A DNA stretch of 64,000 nt, taken from assembly GCA_040954595.2 (NCBI GenBank), contig CM082580.2, positions 4,888,783-4,952,782 on the forward strand. The letters run 5' to 3'. Below, piece after piece: positions 50,965 through 64,000 of this stretch. The DNA is from Balanoglossus misakiensis (taxonomy: Eukaryota > Animalia > Hemichordata). Positions within the stretch are counted from its first letter, which is position 1. Each line of letters opens with the position of its first letter. A program made the position numbers and the translations under genes. A model generated the notes under the pieces. It was not told the DNA's origin. It saw only the letters and a program-made list of their open reading frames with translations, and did no database searches.

Positions 50965-53242
50965 ATGCAAGGCTATCCTACCCGTCTGACATGTTTGATT
51001 TTATATCTCTTTGCCGCGCAACAGTCAGGTAAGCAGAAAGTGAAATGTAGAGGGTGGTGGTCGAAGTTCATAATATGTGCTATTTTGTTTTCACAAGGAG
51101 GTTGTTTACATTCATTCGATTCTCTGTATCATACATGTAAACAAACACAACAATTAATACATGTTATAAAATTAGACCGAATTTTGTCGTAGTCCTGCAA
51201 ATCAAGCACACAACCAAACTTAAACGAGACTTTAATTAAAATGGGAAGTAGGCCTAACTCAAAACACTTTGTGTTGGAGAGGAATTAGCGGAATGGTTCC
51301 AAATTGACATGACAATGTATTGAAATTGTTCTTATTTTTGGAGACCCCCAAATTTTCCTTCTCCGACTATATAAAATAACAGAAACAAAACTGTTCTTGT
51401 GATTTTACTCGTGAGCAAATTGTGTTCATATCGAAATTTTAGCTCGTGTTGGAAAGTTAGGTGATTTGATAGAACATGGCATATCTACTCCCGTGACATC
51501 AGTTGTCAGTTGTGTATACATGTACACGGGTCTTTCCCAAACTACAGTTTCTGTCTGGACTGACTGGTACAACTCGGTTAAGAATGGTGGCTGGGATAGC
51601 GAACTAATTAGATTAATCCAGCATGCTCATCCAAATCTTGTGTGTGACAACCCAACCGCTATGGATGCTGTCACCGTAGATGGCGTACCTGCACTGGAAA
51701 CGGGCGATGTATTCCGGTGGTTCGCTTCTTCTGGACTCGATTGTAACGACGAAGATCAAACAAATAGGACATGTGAAGAGTATAGAGCCCGTTTCTGCTG
51801 TCCAGGTAGGGTCAATGCTTAGGGACCGTTCAGTTTTTACGGCAGGGGGGGGGAGGCTGGCAAGTTTGTGTCATCGGTTCTCAAAATCAGGCCGACCCCC
51901 CCATCACCCAGGACCAAAAAATGATGACCCCCCCCCCCTTTGACAGACCCAAAAATATGATGACCCCCCCCCCCCACGCCAAAAACATTTGCCGTCCTGA
52001 TCCTATGTACACTGTATGCAATAAAGGGAATGAGGCTCCTCAAGAAAATTTTGTAAAATTTGTAGCTCAAAGTTGCATTTTTATGAACTCAAAAACAAAT
52101 TATCTCAATGTTTGGGAGGACCAATTTTACTTTTTGCCACTCCACTCAAAGTTAGAAGATTTGGCGTCATCTTCGGCATGACATTATTATATATAGAAGA
52201 TGCAGCGCGAAACTATAAGTTATGCAAAATGGTTTAAACAATTATTCTCCTTTATGTATTCACTTTGTTTAATATTATCATTGGTGGGGTTGGGGTGGCA
52301 TGCACTCTGCCCTGGTACACTAGACAAACCAGCAAAAAAATGCAATGTTGCGGAGAATGAAGGGGGTGGGCGTGCGAGGGGGTGTCCCCCTCCCACATTA
52401 GAAAATTTTGTAAAATAGAGGGTGAGAAACTGCAATTTTGTAGACTCAAACGTTCGGTGGCAAAAGTATGTGACCCCCCCCCCCCTAAACGTGTAAAAAA
52501 AACCCAGATGACCCCCCCCCCCCTTGTGGACTTCAAAATTTAAGTGACCCCCCCCCCTGGATTTTGCCGCCCCTCCCCGGCCGTAAAAACTGAACGGTCC
52601 CTTATGACTGTCGTGCCTTGTCATGGCAAGATGTTCAGTAGAATGCCTTTATTGGCATCACATATTTGTTCACCGTCAAAATGACGATGACGTTTTAGAC
52701 CCCCAGCCGTCACATTTTAATGCAATCTGATTCAAATCAGATGTAGGGTACGGCGACGTCTTCTACTTCGCGGTGCAATATTCTTATGTCTACTACTAGT
52801 GTGTGGCGACAGCATAAGAAAACCGTACCGCGAAATGAAAGACGTCGCCTTATCCTATATCTGATTTAAATCAGATTGATCCTATGTTGAGGACAGAAAG
52901 CAATAAGATGGTATCCATTATACAAATGTTATTCCCAAGAGAATATTGTATTCTCAACGTATTGGTGACACTGACACATTCTTTTAGGGTCACGCGGAGC
53001 GAGGACTTGTGTGACTGAGAGCGTCTTGAATCACTATCCAATTTTGGCATCAGCTGTTATCAACATAACCGAGGTAAGTGTGACTTCAGGACATTGTACA
53101 AATGGGCCTTCAGAACTGAACTAAGTACCGTGTACTGCTTCCTGTCAGAAGCTTACCTGCATAATTTAGTATTATTTTGATTTTTTTCCTGTAATTTGAT
53201 GTGTTGACGTAACTCTTCTCATGTGTCGAGGAGGAATAAAGG

Positions 53243-53322
<80 letters not shown>

Positions 53323-53515
53323 CTCACTCACTGACTCACTGACCCACTGGCTCACTGACTCACTCACTCACTCACTCACTCACTCACTTGCTGTATGTCA
53401 CTTCTCATAGAACACCACAGTGGGGGTACCTATATACAACCTATCCGATTTTTGGAGTAATGAGCAAGACATGCACGTTAACGTCACATCCGTCGAAATT
53501 GTTTATGGGAACAAG
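50965..53515 (+). CDS. 5' part of a secreted/cell-surface protein: signal peptide, WxxW (Mucin2_WxxW/CILP-type) domain, cadherin-like repeat; exons 50965-51028, 51548-51805, 52988-53073, 53411-53515; continues past the satellite
   Basis: MQGYPTRLTCLILYLFAAQQS|VSVWTDWYN..GGWDSE..C.NPTA..TGD..GLDC.DEDQ...CEEYRARFCCP|G...NHYP...NITE|NTTVG...IVYGNK; splice phases 1,1,0 are compatible. Confidence 0.7.
51822..52601. mobile_element. Non-autonomous PIF/Harbinger-like element (780 bp)
   Basis: 22-bp perfect TIR GGGACCGTTCAGTTTTTACGGC; TTA target duplication on both sides; subterminal GACCCCCCCC motifs. Confidence 0.85.
52723..52878. repeat. 156-bp palindromic (foldback/MITE-like) element
   Basis: ~66-bp imperfect inverted arms starting CAATCTGATT.AAATCAGAT. 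Confidence 0.75.
53243..53387. repeat. Compound microsatellite (CAA)n-(CTCA)n
   Basis: Read directly. Confidence 0.92.
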
Positions 53516-53518
53516 GTA

Positions 53519-53683
53519 ATGTATGTATGTATGTATGTATGTATGTATGTATGTATGTATGTATGTATGTATGTATGTATGTATGTATGTATGTATGTAT
53601 GTATGTATGTATGTATGTATGTATGTATGTATGTATGTATGTACGTATGTACGTATGTATGTATGTATGTATGTATGTATGTA
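53519..53683. repeat. (TATG)n microsatellite
   Basis: Read directly; begins at the splice donor and runs into the satellite. Confidence 0.95.
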
Positions 53684-56600
53684 TTTGCGAAAGTTCAAAA
53701 TTTCTTCATTTTTGACAAAACTCTTGGGTTATAGCTCATGAAAATCGTCTAAAAATGAAAATTTTTCGACTTTGCGAAAGTTCAAAATTTCTTCATCTTT
53801 TGACAAAAATCTTGGGTTATAGCTCATGAAAATCGTCTAAAAATGAAAATTTTTCGACTTTGCGAAAGTTCAAAATTTCTTCATTTTTGACAAAAATCTT
53901 GGGTTATAGCTCATGAAAATTTTTCGACTTTGCGAAAGTTCAAAATTTCTTCATCTTTTGACAAAAATCATGGGTTATAGCTCATGAAAATCGTCTAAAA
54001 ATGACAATTTTTCGACTTTGCGAAAGTTCAAAATTTCTTCATCTTTTGACAAAAATCATGGGTTATAGCTCATGAAAATCAACCATAAATGACAATTTTT
54101 CGACTTTGCGAAAGTTTAAAATTTCTTCATTTTTTGACAAAAATCATGGGTTATAGCTCATGAAAATCGTCTAAAAATGACAATTTTTCGACTTTGCGAA
54201 AGTTCAAAATTTCTTCATCTTTTGACAAAAATCATGGGTTATAGCTCATGAAAATCAACCATAAATGAAAATTTTTCGACTTTGCGAAAGTTCAAAATTT
54301 CTTCATTTTTTGACAAAAATCATGGGTTATAGCTCATGAAAATCGTCTAAAAATGACAATTTTTCGACTTTGCGAAAGTTCAAAATTTCTTCATTTTTTG
54401 ACAAAAATCATGGGTTATAGCTCATGAAAATCGTCTAAAAATGACAATTTTTCGACTTTGCGAAAGTTCAAAATTTCTTCATTTTTTGACAAAAATCATG
54501 GGTTATAGCTCATGAAAATCGTCTAAAAATGAAAATTTTTCGACTTTGCGAAAGTTCAAAATTTCTTCATCTTTTGACAAAAATCATGGGTTATAGCTCA
54601 TGAAAATCAACCATAAATGACAATTTTTCGACTTTGCGAAAGTTCAAAATTTCTTCATTTTTTGACAAAAATCATGGGTTATAGCTCATGAAAATCGTCT
54701 AAAAATGACAATTTTTCGACTTTGCGAAAGTTCAAAATTTCTTCATTTTTTGACAAAAATCATGGGTTATAGCTCATGAAAATCGTCTAAAAATGACAAT
54801 TTTTCGACTTTGCGAAAGTTCAAAATTTCTTCATTTTTTGACAAAAATCATGGGTTATAGCTCATGAAAATCAACCATAAATGACAATTTTTCGACTTTG
54901 CGAAAGTTCAAAATTTCTTCATTTTTTGACAAAAATCATGGGTTATAGCTCATGAAAATCGTCTAAAAATGACAATTTTTCGACTTTGCGAAAGTTCAAA
55001 ATTTCTTCATTTTTTGACAAAAATCATGGGTTATAGCTCATGAAAATCGTCTAAAAATGACAATTTTTCGACTTTGCGAAAGTTCAAAATTTCTTCATTT
55101 TTTGACAAAAATCATGGGTTATAGCTCATGAAAATCGTCTAAAAATGACAATTTTTCGACTTTGCGAAAGTTCAAAATTTCTTCATTTTTTGACAAAAAT
55201 CATGGGTTATAGCTCATGAAAATCAACCATAAATGACAATTTTTCGACTTTGCGAAAGTTCAAAATTTCTTCATTTTTTGACAAAAATCATGGGTTATAG
55301 CTCATGAAAATCGTCTATAAATGACAATTTTTCGACTTTGCGAAAGTTCAAAATTTCTTCATTTTTTGACAAAAATCATGGGTTATAGCTCATGAAAATC
55401 GTCTATAAATGACAATTTTTCGACTTTGCGAAAGTTTAAAATTTCTTCATTTTTTGACAAAAATCATGGGTTATAGCTCATGAAAATCGTCTAAAAATGA
55501 CAATTTTTCGACTTTGCGAAAGTTCAAAATTTCTTCATTTTTTGACAAAAATCATGGGTTATAGCTCATGAAAATCGTCTAAAAATGACAATTTTTCGAC
55601 TTTGCGAAAGTTCAAAATTTCTTCATTTTTTGACAAAAATCATGGGTTATAGCTCATGAAAATCGTCTAAAAATGACAATTTTTCGACTTTGCGAAAGTT
55701 CAAAATTTCTTCATTTTTTGACAAAAATCATGGGTTATAGCTCATGAAAATCAACCATAAATGACAATTTTTCGACTTTGCGAAAGTTCAAAATTTCTTC
55801 ATTTTTTGACAAAAATCATGGGTTATAGCTCATGAAAATCGTCTAAAAATGACAATTTTTCGACTTTGCGAAAGTTCAAAATTTCTTCATTTTTTGACAA
55901 AAATCATGGGTTATAGCTCATGAAAATCGTCTAAAAATGACAATTTTTCGACTTTGCGAAAGTTCAAAATTTCTTCATTTTTTGACAAAAATCATGGGTT
56001 ATAGCTCATGAAAATCGTCTAAAAATGACAATTTTTCGACTTTGCGAAAGTTCAAAATTTCTTCATTTTTTGACAAAAATCATGGGTTATAGCTCATGAA
56101 AATCAACCATAAATGACAATTTTTCGACTTTGCGAAAGTTCAAAATTTCTTCATTTTTTGACAAAAATCATGGGTTATAGCTCATGAAAATCGTCTATAA
56201 ATGACAATTTTTCGACTTTGCGAAAGTTCAAAATTTCTTCATTTTTTGACAAAAATCATGGGTTATAGCTCATGAAAATCGTCTAAAAATGACAATTTTT
56301 CGACTTTGCGAAAGTTCAAAATTTCTTCATTTTTTGACAAAAATCATGGGTTATAGCTCATGAAAATCGTCTAAAAATGACAATTTTTCGACTTTGCGAA
56401 AGTTCAAAATTTCTTCATTTTTTGACAAAAATCATGGGTTATAGCTCATGAAAATCGTCTAAAAATGACAATTTTTCGACTTTGCGAAAGTTCAAAATTT
56501 CTTCATTTTTTGACAAAAATCATGGGTTATAGCTCATGAAAATCAACCATAAATGACAATTTTTCGACTTTGCGAAAGTTCAAAATTTCTTCATTTTTTG

Positions 56601-59600
56601 ACAAAAATCATGGGTTATAGCTCATGAAAATCGTCTAAAAATGACAATTTTTCGACTTTGCGAAAGTTCAAAATTTCTTCATTTTTTGACAAAAATCATG
56701 GGTTATAGCTCATGAAAATCGTCTAAAAATGACAATTTTTCGACTTTGCGAAAGTTCAAAATTTCTTCATTTTTTGACAAAAATCATGGGTTATAGCTCA
56801 TGAAAATCGTCTAAAAATGACAATTTTTCGACTTTGCGAAAGTTCAAAATTTCTTCATTTTTGACAAAAATCTTGGGTTATAGCTCATGAAAATTTTTCG
56901 ACTTTGCGAAAGTTCAAAATTTCTTCATCTTTTGACAAAAATCATGGGTTATAGCTCATGAAAATCGTCTAAAAATGACAATTTTTCGACTTTGCGAAAG
57001 TTCAAAATTTCTTCATCTTTTGACAAAAATCATGGGTTATAGCTCATGAAAATCAACCATAAATGACAATTTTTCGACTTTGCGAAAGTTTAAAATTTCT
57101 TCATTTTTTGACAAAAATCATGGGTTATAGCTCATGAAAATCGTCTAAAAATGACAATTTTTCGACTTTGCGAAAGTTCAAAATTTCTTCATCTTTTGAC
57201 AAAAATCATGGGTTATAGCTCATGAAAATCAACCATAAATGAAAATTTTTCGACTTTGCGAAAGTTCAAAATTTCTTCATTTTTTGACAAAAATCATGGG
57301 TTATAGCTCATGAAAATCGTCTAAAAATGACAATTTTTCGACTTTGCGAAAGTTCAAAATTTCTTCATTTTTTGACAAAAATCATGGGTTATAGCTCATG
57401 AAAATCGTCTAAAAATGAAAATTTTTCGACTTTGCGAAAGTTCAAAATTTCTTCATTTTTTGACAAAAATCATGGGTTATAGCTCATGAAAATCGTCTAA
57501 AAATGACAATTTTTCGACTTTGCGAAAGTTCAAAATTTCTTCATTTTTTGACAAAAATCATGGGTTATAGCTCATGAAAATCGTCTAAAAATGACAATTT
57601 TTCGACTTTGCGAAAGTTCAAAATTTCTTCATTTTTTGACAAAAATCATGGGTTATAGCTCAAGAAAATCGTCTAAAAATGAAAATTTTTCGACTTTGCG
57701 AAAGTTCAAAATTTCTTCATCTTTTGACAAAAATCATGGGTTATAGCTCATGAAAATCAACCATAAATGACAATTTTTCGACTTTGCGAAAGTTCAAAAT
57801 TTCTTCATTTTTTGACAAAAATCATGGGTTATAGCTCATGAAAATCGTCTAAAAATGACAATTTTTCGACTTTGCGAAAGTTCAAAATTTCTTCATTTTT
57901 TGACAAAAATCATGGGTTATAGCTCATGAAAATCGTCTAAAAATGACAATTTTTCGACTTTGCGAAAGTTCAAAATTTCTTCATTTTTTGACAAAAATCA
58001 TGGGTTATAGCTCATGAAAATCAACCATAAATGACAATTTTTCGACTTTGCGAAAGTTCAAAATTTCTTCATTTTTTGACAAAAATCATGGGTTATAGCT
58101 CATGAAAATCGTCTAAAAATGACAATTTTTCGACTTTGCGAAAGTTCAAAATTTCTTCATTTTTTGACAAAAATCATGGGTTATAGCTCATGAAAATCGT
58201 CTAAAAATGACAATTTTTCGACTTTGCGAAAGTTCAAAATTTCTTCATTTTTTGACAAAAATCATGGGTTATAGCTCATGAAAATCGTCTAAAAATAAAA
58301 ATTTTCGACTTTGCGAAAGTTCAAAATTTCTTCATCTTTTGACAAAAATCATGGGTTATAGCTCATGAAAATCAACCATAAATGACAATTTTTCGACTTT
58401 GCGAAAGTTCAAAATTTCTTCATTTTTTGACAAAAATCATGGGTTATAGCTCATGAAAATCGTCTAAAAATGAAAATTTTTCGACTTTGCGAAAGTTCAA
58501 AATTTCTTCATTTTTTGACAAAAATCATGGGTTATAGCTCATGAAAATCGTCTAAAAATGAAAATTTTTCGACTTTGCGAAAGTTCAAAATTTCTTCATC
58601 TTTTGACAAAAATCATGGGTTATAGCTCATGAAAATCAACCATAAATGACAATTTTTCGACTTTGCGAAAGTTCAAAATTTCTTCATTTTTTGACAAAAA
58701 TCATGGGTTATAGCTCATGAAAATCGTCTAAAAATGACAATTTTTCGACTTTGCGAAAGTTCAAAATTTCTTCATTTTTTGACAAAAATCATGGGTTATA
58801 GCTCATGAAAATCGTCTAAAAATGACAATTTTTCGACTTTGCGAAAGTTCAAAATTTCTTCATTTTTTGACAAAAATCATGGGTTATAGCTCATGAAAAT
58901 CGTCTAAAAATGACAATTTTTCGACTTTGCGAAAGTTCAAAATTTCTTCATTTTTTGACAAAAATCATGGGTTATAGCTCATGAAAATCGTCTAAAAATG
59001 AAAATTTTTCGACTTTGCGAAAGTTCAAAATTTCTTCATTTTTTGACAAAAATCATGGGTTATAGCTCATGAAATTCGTCTAAAAATGACAATTTTTCGA
59101 CTTTGCGAAAGTTCAAAATTTCTTCATTTTTTGACAAAAATCATGGGTTATAGCTCATGAAAATCGTCTAAAAATGAAAATTTTTCGACTTTGCGAAAGT
59201 TCAAAATTTCTTCATCTTTTGACAAAAATCATGGGTTATAGCTCATGAAAATCAACCATAAATGACAATTTTTCGACTTTGCGAAAGTTCAAAATTTCTT
59301 CATTTTTTGACAAAAATCATGGGTTATAGCTCATGAAAATCGTCTAAAAATGACAATTTTTCGACTTTGCGAAAGTTCAAAATTTCTTCATTTTTTGACA
59401 AAAATCATGGGTTATAGCTCATGAAAATCGTCTAAAAATGAAAATTTTTCGACTTTGCGAAAGTTCAAAATTTCTTCATTTTTTGACAAAAATCATGGGT
59501 TATAGCTCATGAAAATCAACCATAAATGACAATTTTTCGACTTTGCGAAAGTTCAAAATTTCTTCATCTTTTGACAAAAATCTTGGGTTATAGCTCATGA

Positions 59601-62600
59601 AAATCAACCATAAATGACAATTTTTCGACTTTGCGAAAGTTCAAAATTTCTTCATCTTTTGACAAAAATCTTGGGTTATAGCTCATGAAAATCAACAATA
59701 AATGACAATTTTTCGACTTTGCGAAAGTTCAAGATTTCTTCATTTTTTGACAAAAATCATGGGTTATAGCTCATGAAAATCGTCTAAAAATGAAAATTTT
59801 TCGACTTTGCGAAAGTTCAAAATTTCTTCATCTTTTGACAAAAATCATGGGTTATAGCTCATGAAAATCAACCATAAATGACAATTTTTCGACTTTGCGA
59901 AAGTTCAAAATTTCTTCATCTTTTGACAAAAATCTTGGGTTATAGCTCATGAAAATCAACCATAAATGACAATTTTTCGACTTTGCGAAAGTTCAAAATT
60001 TCTTCATCTTTTGACAAAAATCATGGGTTATAGCTCATGAAAATCAACCATAAATGACAATTTTTCGACTTTGCGAAAGTTCAAAATTTCTTCATCTTTT
60101 GACAAAAATCTTGGGTTATAGCTCATGAAAATCAACCATAAATGACAATTTTTCGACTTTGCGAAAGTTCAAAATTTCTTCATCTTTTGACAAAAATCAT
60201 GGGTTATAGCTCATGAAAATCAACCATAAATGACAATTTTTCGACTTTGCGAAAGTTCAAAATTTCTTCATTTTTTGACAAAAATCTTGGGTTATAGCTC
60301 ATGAAAATCGTCTAAAAATGACAATTTTTCGACTTTGCGAATGTTCAAAATTTCTTCATCTTTTGACAAAAATCTTGGGTTATAGCTCATGAAAATCAAC
60401 CATAAATGACAATTTTTCGACTTTGCGAAAGTTCAAAATTTCTTCATTTTTTGACAAAAATCATGGGTTATAGCTCATGAAAATCGTCTAAAAATGAAAA
60501 TTTTTCGACTTTGCGAAAGTTCAAAATTTCTTCATCTTTTGACAAAAATCATGGGTTGTAGCTCATGAAAATCAACCATAAATGACAATTTTTCGACTTT
60601 GCGAAAGTTCAAAATTTCTTCATTTTTTGACAAAAATCTTGGGTTATAGCTCATGAAAATCAACCATAAATGACAATTTTTCGACTTTGCGAAAGTTCAA
60701 AATTTCTTCATCTTTTGACAAAAATCTTGGGTTATAGCTCATGAAAATCAACCATAAATGACAATTTTTCGACTTTGCGAAAGTTCAAAATTTCTTCATC
60801 TTTTGACAAAAATCTTGGGTTATAGCTCATGAAAATCAACCATAAATGACAATTTTTCGACTTTGCGAAAGTTCAAAATTTCTTAATCTTTTGACAAAAA
60901 TCTTGGGTTATAGCTCATGAAAATCAACCATAAATGACAATTTTTCGACTTTGCGAAAGTTCAAAATTTCTTCATTTTTTGACAAAAATCATGGGTTATA
61001 GCTCATGAAAATCGTCTAAAAATGACAATTTTTCGACTTTGCTAAAGTTCAAATTTTTTTCATTTTTTGACAAAAATCATGGGTTATAGCTCATGAAAAT
61101 CAACCATAAATGACAATTTTTCGACTTTGCGAAAGTTCAAAATTTCTTCATCTTTTGACAAAAATCATGGGTTATAGCTCATGAAAATCAACCATAAATG
61201 ACAATTTTTCGACTTTGCGAAAGTTCAAAATTTCTTCATTTTTTGACAAAAATCTTGGGTTATAGCTCATGAAAATCGTCTAAAAATGACAATTTTTCGA
61301 CTTTGCGAATGTTCAAAATTTCTTCATCTTTTGACAAAAATCTTGGGTTATAGCTCATGAAAATCAACCATAAATGACAATTTTTCGACTTTGCGAAAGT
61401 TCAAAATTTCTTCATTTTTTGACAAAAATCATGGGTTATAGCTCATGAAAATCGTCTAAAAATGAAAATTTTTCGACTTTGCGAAAGTTCAAAATTTCTT
61501 CATCTTTTGACAAAAATCATGGGTTGTAGCTCATGAAAATCAACCATAAATGACAATTTTTCGACTTTGCGAAAGTTCAAAATTTCTTCATTTTTTGACA
61601 AAAATCTTGGGTTATAGCTCATGAAAATCAACCATAAATGACAATTTTTCGACTTTGCGAAAGTTCAAAATTTCTTCATCTTTTGACAAAAATCTTGGGT
61701 TATAGCTCATGAAAATCAACCATAAATGACAATTTTTCGACTTTGCGAAAGTTCAAAATTTCTTCATCTTTTGACAAAAATCTTGGGTTATAGCTCATGA
61801 AAATCAACCATAAATGACAATTTTTCGACTTTGCGAAAGTTCAAAATTTCTTAATCTTTTGACAAAAATCTTGGGTTATAGCTCATGAAAATCAACCATA
61901 AATGACAATTTTTCGACTTTGCGAAAGTTCAAAATTTCTTCATTTTTTGACAAAAATCATGGGTTATAGCTCATGAAAATCGTCTAAAAATGACAATTTT
62001 TCGACTTTGCTAAAGTTCAAATTTTTTTCATTTTTTGACAAAAATCATGGGTTATAGCTCATGAAAATCGTCTAAAAATGACAATTTTTCGACTTTGCGA
62101 AAGTTCAAAATTTCTTCATCTTTTGACAAAAATCTTGGGTTATAGCTCATGAAAATCAACCATAAATGACAATTTTTCGACTTTGCGAAAGTTCAAAATT
62201 TCTTCATCTTTTGACAAAAATCTTGGGTTATAGCTCATGAAAATCAACCATAAATGACAATTTTTCGACTTTGCGAAAGTTCAAAATTTCTTAATCTTTT
62301 GACAAAAATCTTGGGTTATAGCTCATGAAAATCAACCATAAATGACAATTTTTCGACTTTGCGAAAGTTCAAAATTTCTTCATTTTTTGACAAAAATCAT
62401 GGGTTATAGCTCATGAAAATCGTCTAAAAATGACAATTTTTCGACTTTGCTAAAGTTCAAATTTTTTTCATTTTTTGACAAAAATCATGGGTTATAGCTC
62501 ATGAAAATCGTCTAAAAATGACAATTTTTCGACTTTGCGAAAGTTCAAAATTTCTTCATCTTTTGACAAAAATCTTGGGTTATAGCTCATGAAAATCAAC

Positions 62601-64000
62601 CATAAATGACAATTTTTCGACTTTGCGAAAGTTCAAAATTTCTTCATTTTTTGACAAAAATCTTGGGTTATAGCTCATGAAAATCGTCTAAAAATGACAA
62701 TTTTTCGACTTTGCGAAAGTTCAAAATTTCTTCATTTTTTGACAAAAATCTTGGGTTATAGCTCATGAAAATCGTCTAAAAATGACAATTTTTCGACTTT
62801 GCGAAAGTTCAAAATTTCTTCATCTTTTGACAAAAATCTTGGGTTATAGCTCATGAAAATCAACCATAAATTACAATTTTTCGACTTTGCGAAAGTTCAA
62901 AATTTCTTCATTTTTTGACAAAAATCTTGGGTTATAGCTCATGAAAATCGTCTAAAAATGACAATTTTTCGACTTTGCGAAAGTTCAAAATTTCTTCATT
63001 TTTTGACAAAAATCTTGGGTTATAGCTCATGAAAATCGTCTAAAAATGACAATTTTTCGACTTTGCGAAATTTCAAAATTTCTTCATCTTTTGACAAAAA
63101 TCTTGGGTTATAGCTCATGAAAATCAACCATAAATGACAATTTTTCGACTTTGCGAAAGTTCAAAATTGCTTCATTTTTTGACAAAAATCATGGGTTATA
63201 GCTCATGAAAATCGTCTCAAAATGAAAATTTTTCGACTTTGCGAAAGTTCAAAATTTCTTCATTTTTTGACAAAAATCATGGGTTATAGCTCATGAAAAT
63301 CGTCTAAAAATGACAATTTTTCGACTTTGCGAAAGTTCAAAATTTCTTCATTTTTTGACAAAAATCATGGGTTATAGCTCATGAAAATCGTCTAAAAATG
63401 AAAATTTTTCGACTTTGCGAAAGTTCAAAATTTCTTCATCTTTTGACAAAAATCATGGGTTATAGCTCATGAAAATCAACCATAAATGACAATTTTTCGA
63501 CTTTGCGAAAGTTCAAAATTTCTTCATTTTTTGACAAAAATCATGGGTTATAGCTCATGAAAATCGTCTAAAAATGACAATTTTTCGACTTTGCGAAAGT
63601 TCAAAATTTCTTCATTTTTTGACAAAAATCATGGGTTATAGCTCATGAAAATCGTCTAAAAATGAAAATTTTTCGACTTTGCGAAAGTTCAAAATTTCTT
63701 CATCTTTTGACAAAAATCATGGGTTATAGCTCATGAAAATCAACCATAAATGACAATTTTTCGACTTTGCGAAAGTTCAAAATTTCTTCATCTTTTGACA
63801 AAAATCTTGGGTTATAGCTCATGAAAATCAACCATAAATGACAATTTTTCGACTTTGCGAAAGTTCAAAATTTCTTCATCTTTTGACAAAAATCTTGGGT
63901 TATAGCTCATGAAAATCAACAATAAATGACAATTTTTCGACTTTGCGAAAGTTCAAGATTTCTTCATTTTTTGACAAAAATCATGGGTTATAGCTCATGA
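53684..64000. repeat. 88-bp tandem satellite, ~117 units, runs off the window end
   Basis: Unit TTTGCGAAAGTTCAAAATTTCTTCATTTTTTGACAAAAATCATGGGTTATAGCTCATGAAAATCGTCTAAAAATGACAATTTTTCGAC; register recurs every 1320 bp = 15x88. Confidence 0.97.

Noticed and set aside
53110-53741. ORFs with poly-Leu, MYVC and YIHT repeats
   Set aside because: Translations of (CAA)n and (TATG)n microsatellites
53684-64000. Regular repeat array considered as CRISPR-like
   Set aside because: No unique spacers; head-to-tail 88-bp monomers in an intron-rich animal genome with no cas genes

Overview
AT-rich animal genomic DNA; gene content and repeat types suggest a marine invertebrate deuterostome (inference). Most of the window is a + strand unconventional myosin-X (MYO10-type) gene. 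I traced 44 coding exons by hand from 8615 to the stop at 45197; they join in frame (5541 nt, 1846 aa). The domains are motor, 3 IQ, a long E/R-K single alpha-helix, split PH1/PH2/PH3, MyTH4 and FERM. The first exon(s) were not found, and a ~3.1 kb 3'UTR probably ends near 48340. The gene has a U12-type (minor spliceosome) intron followed by a 14-nt micro-exon. Directly downstream is a compact 4-exon gene predicted to encode a kinase C-lobe only: no N-lobe, HRD replaced by HQN, no DFG, and a very basic N-terminus. Next comes the 5' part of a secreted or cell-surface gene (signal peptide, WxxW domain, degenerate cadherin-like repeat). Its intron holds a >10 kb 88-bp satellite with nested higher-order duplications (5-, 11-, 34- and 48-unit spacings). 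The introns carry several non-autonomous DNA transposon families: TA-TSD Tc1/mariner-type, TTAA Kolobok-like and piggyBac-like, and TTA Harbinger-like. All calls come from manual reading; no database searches were run.
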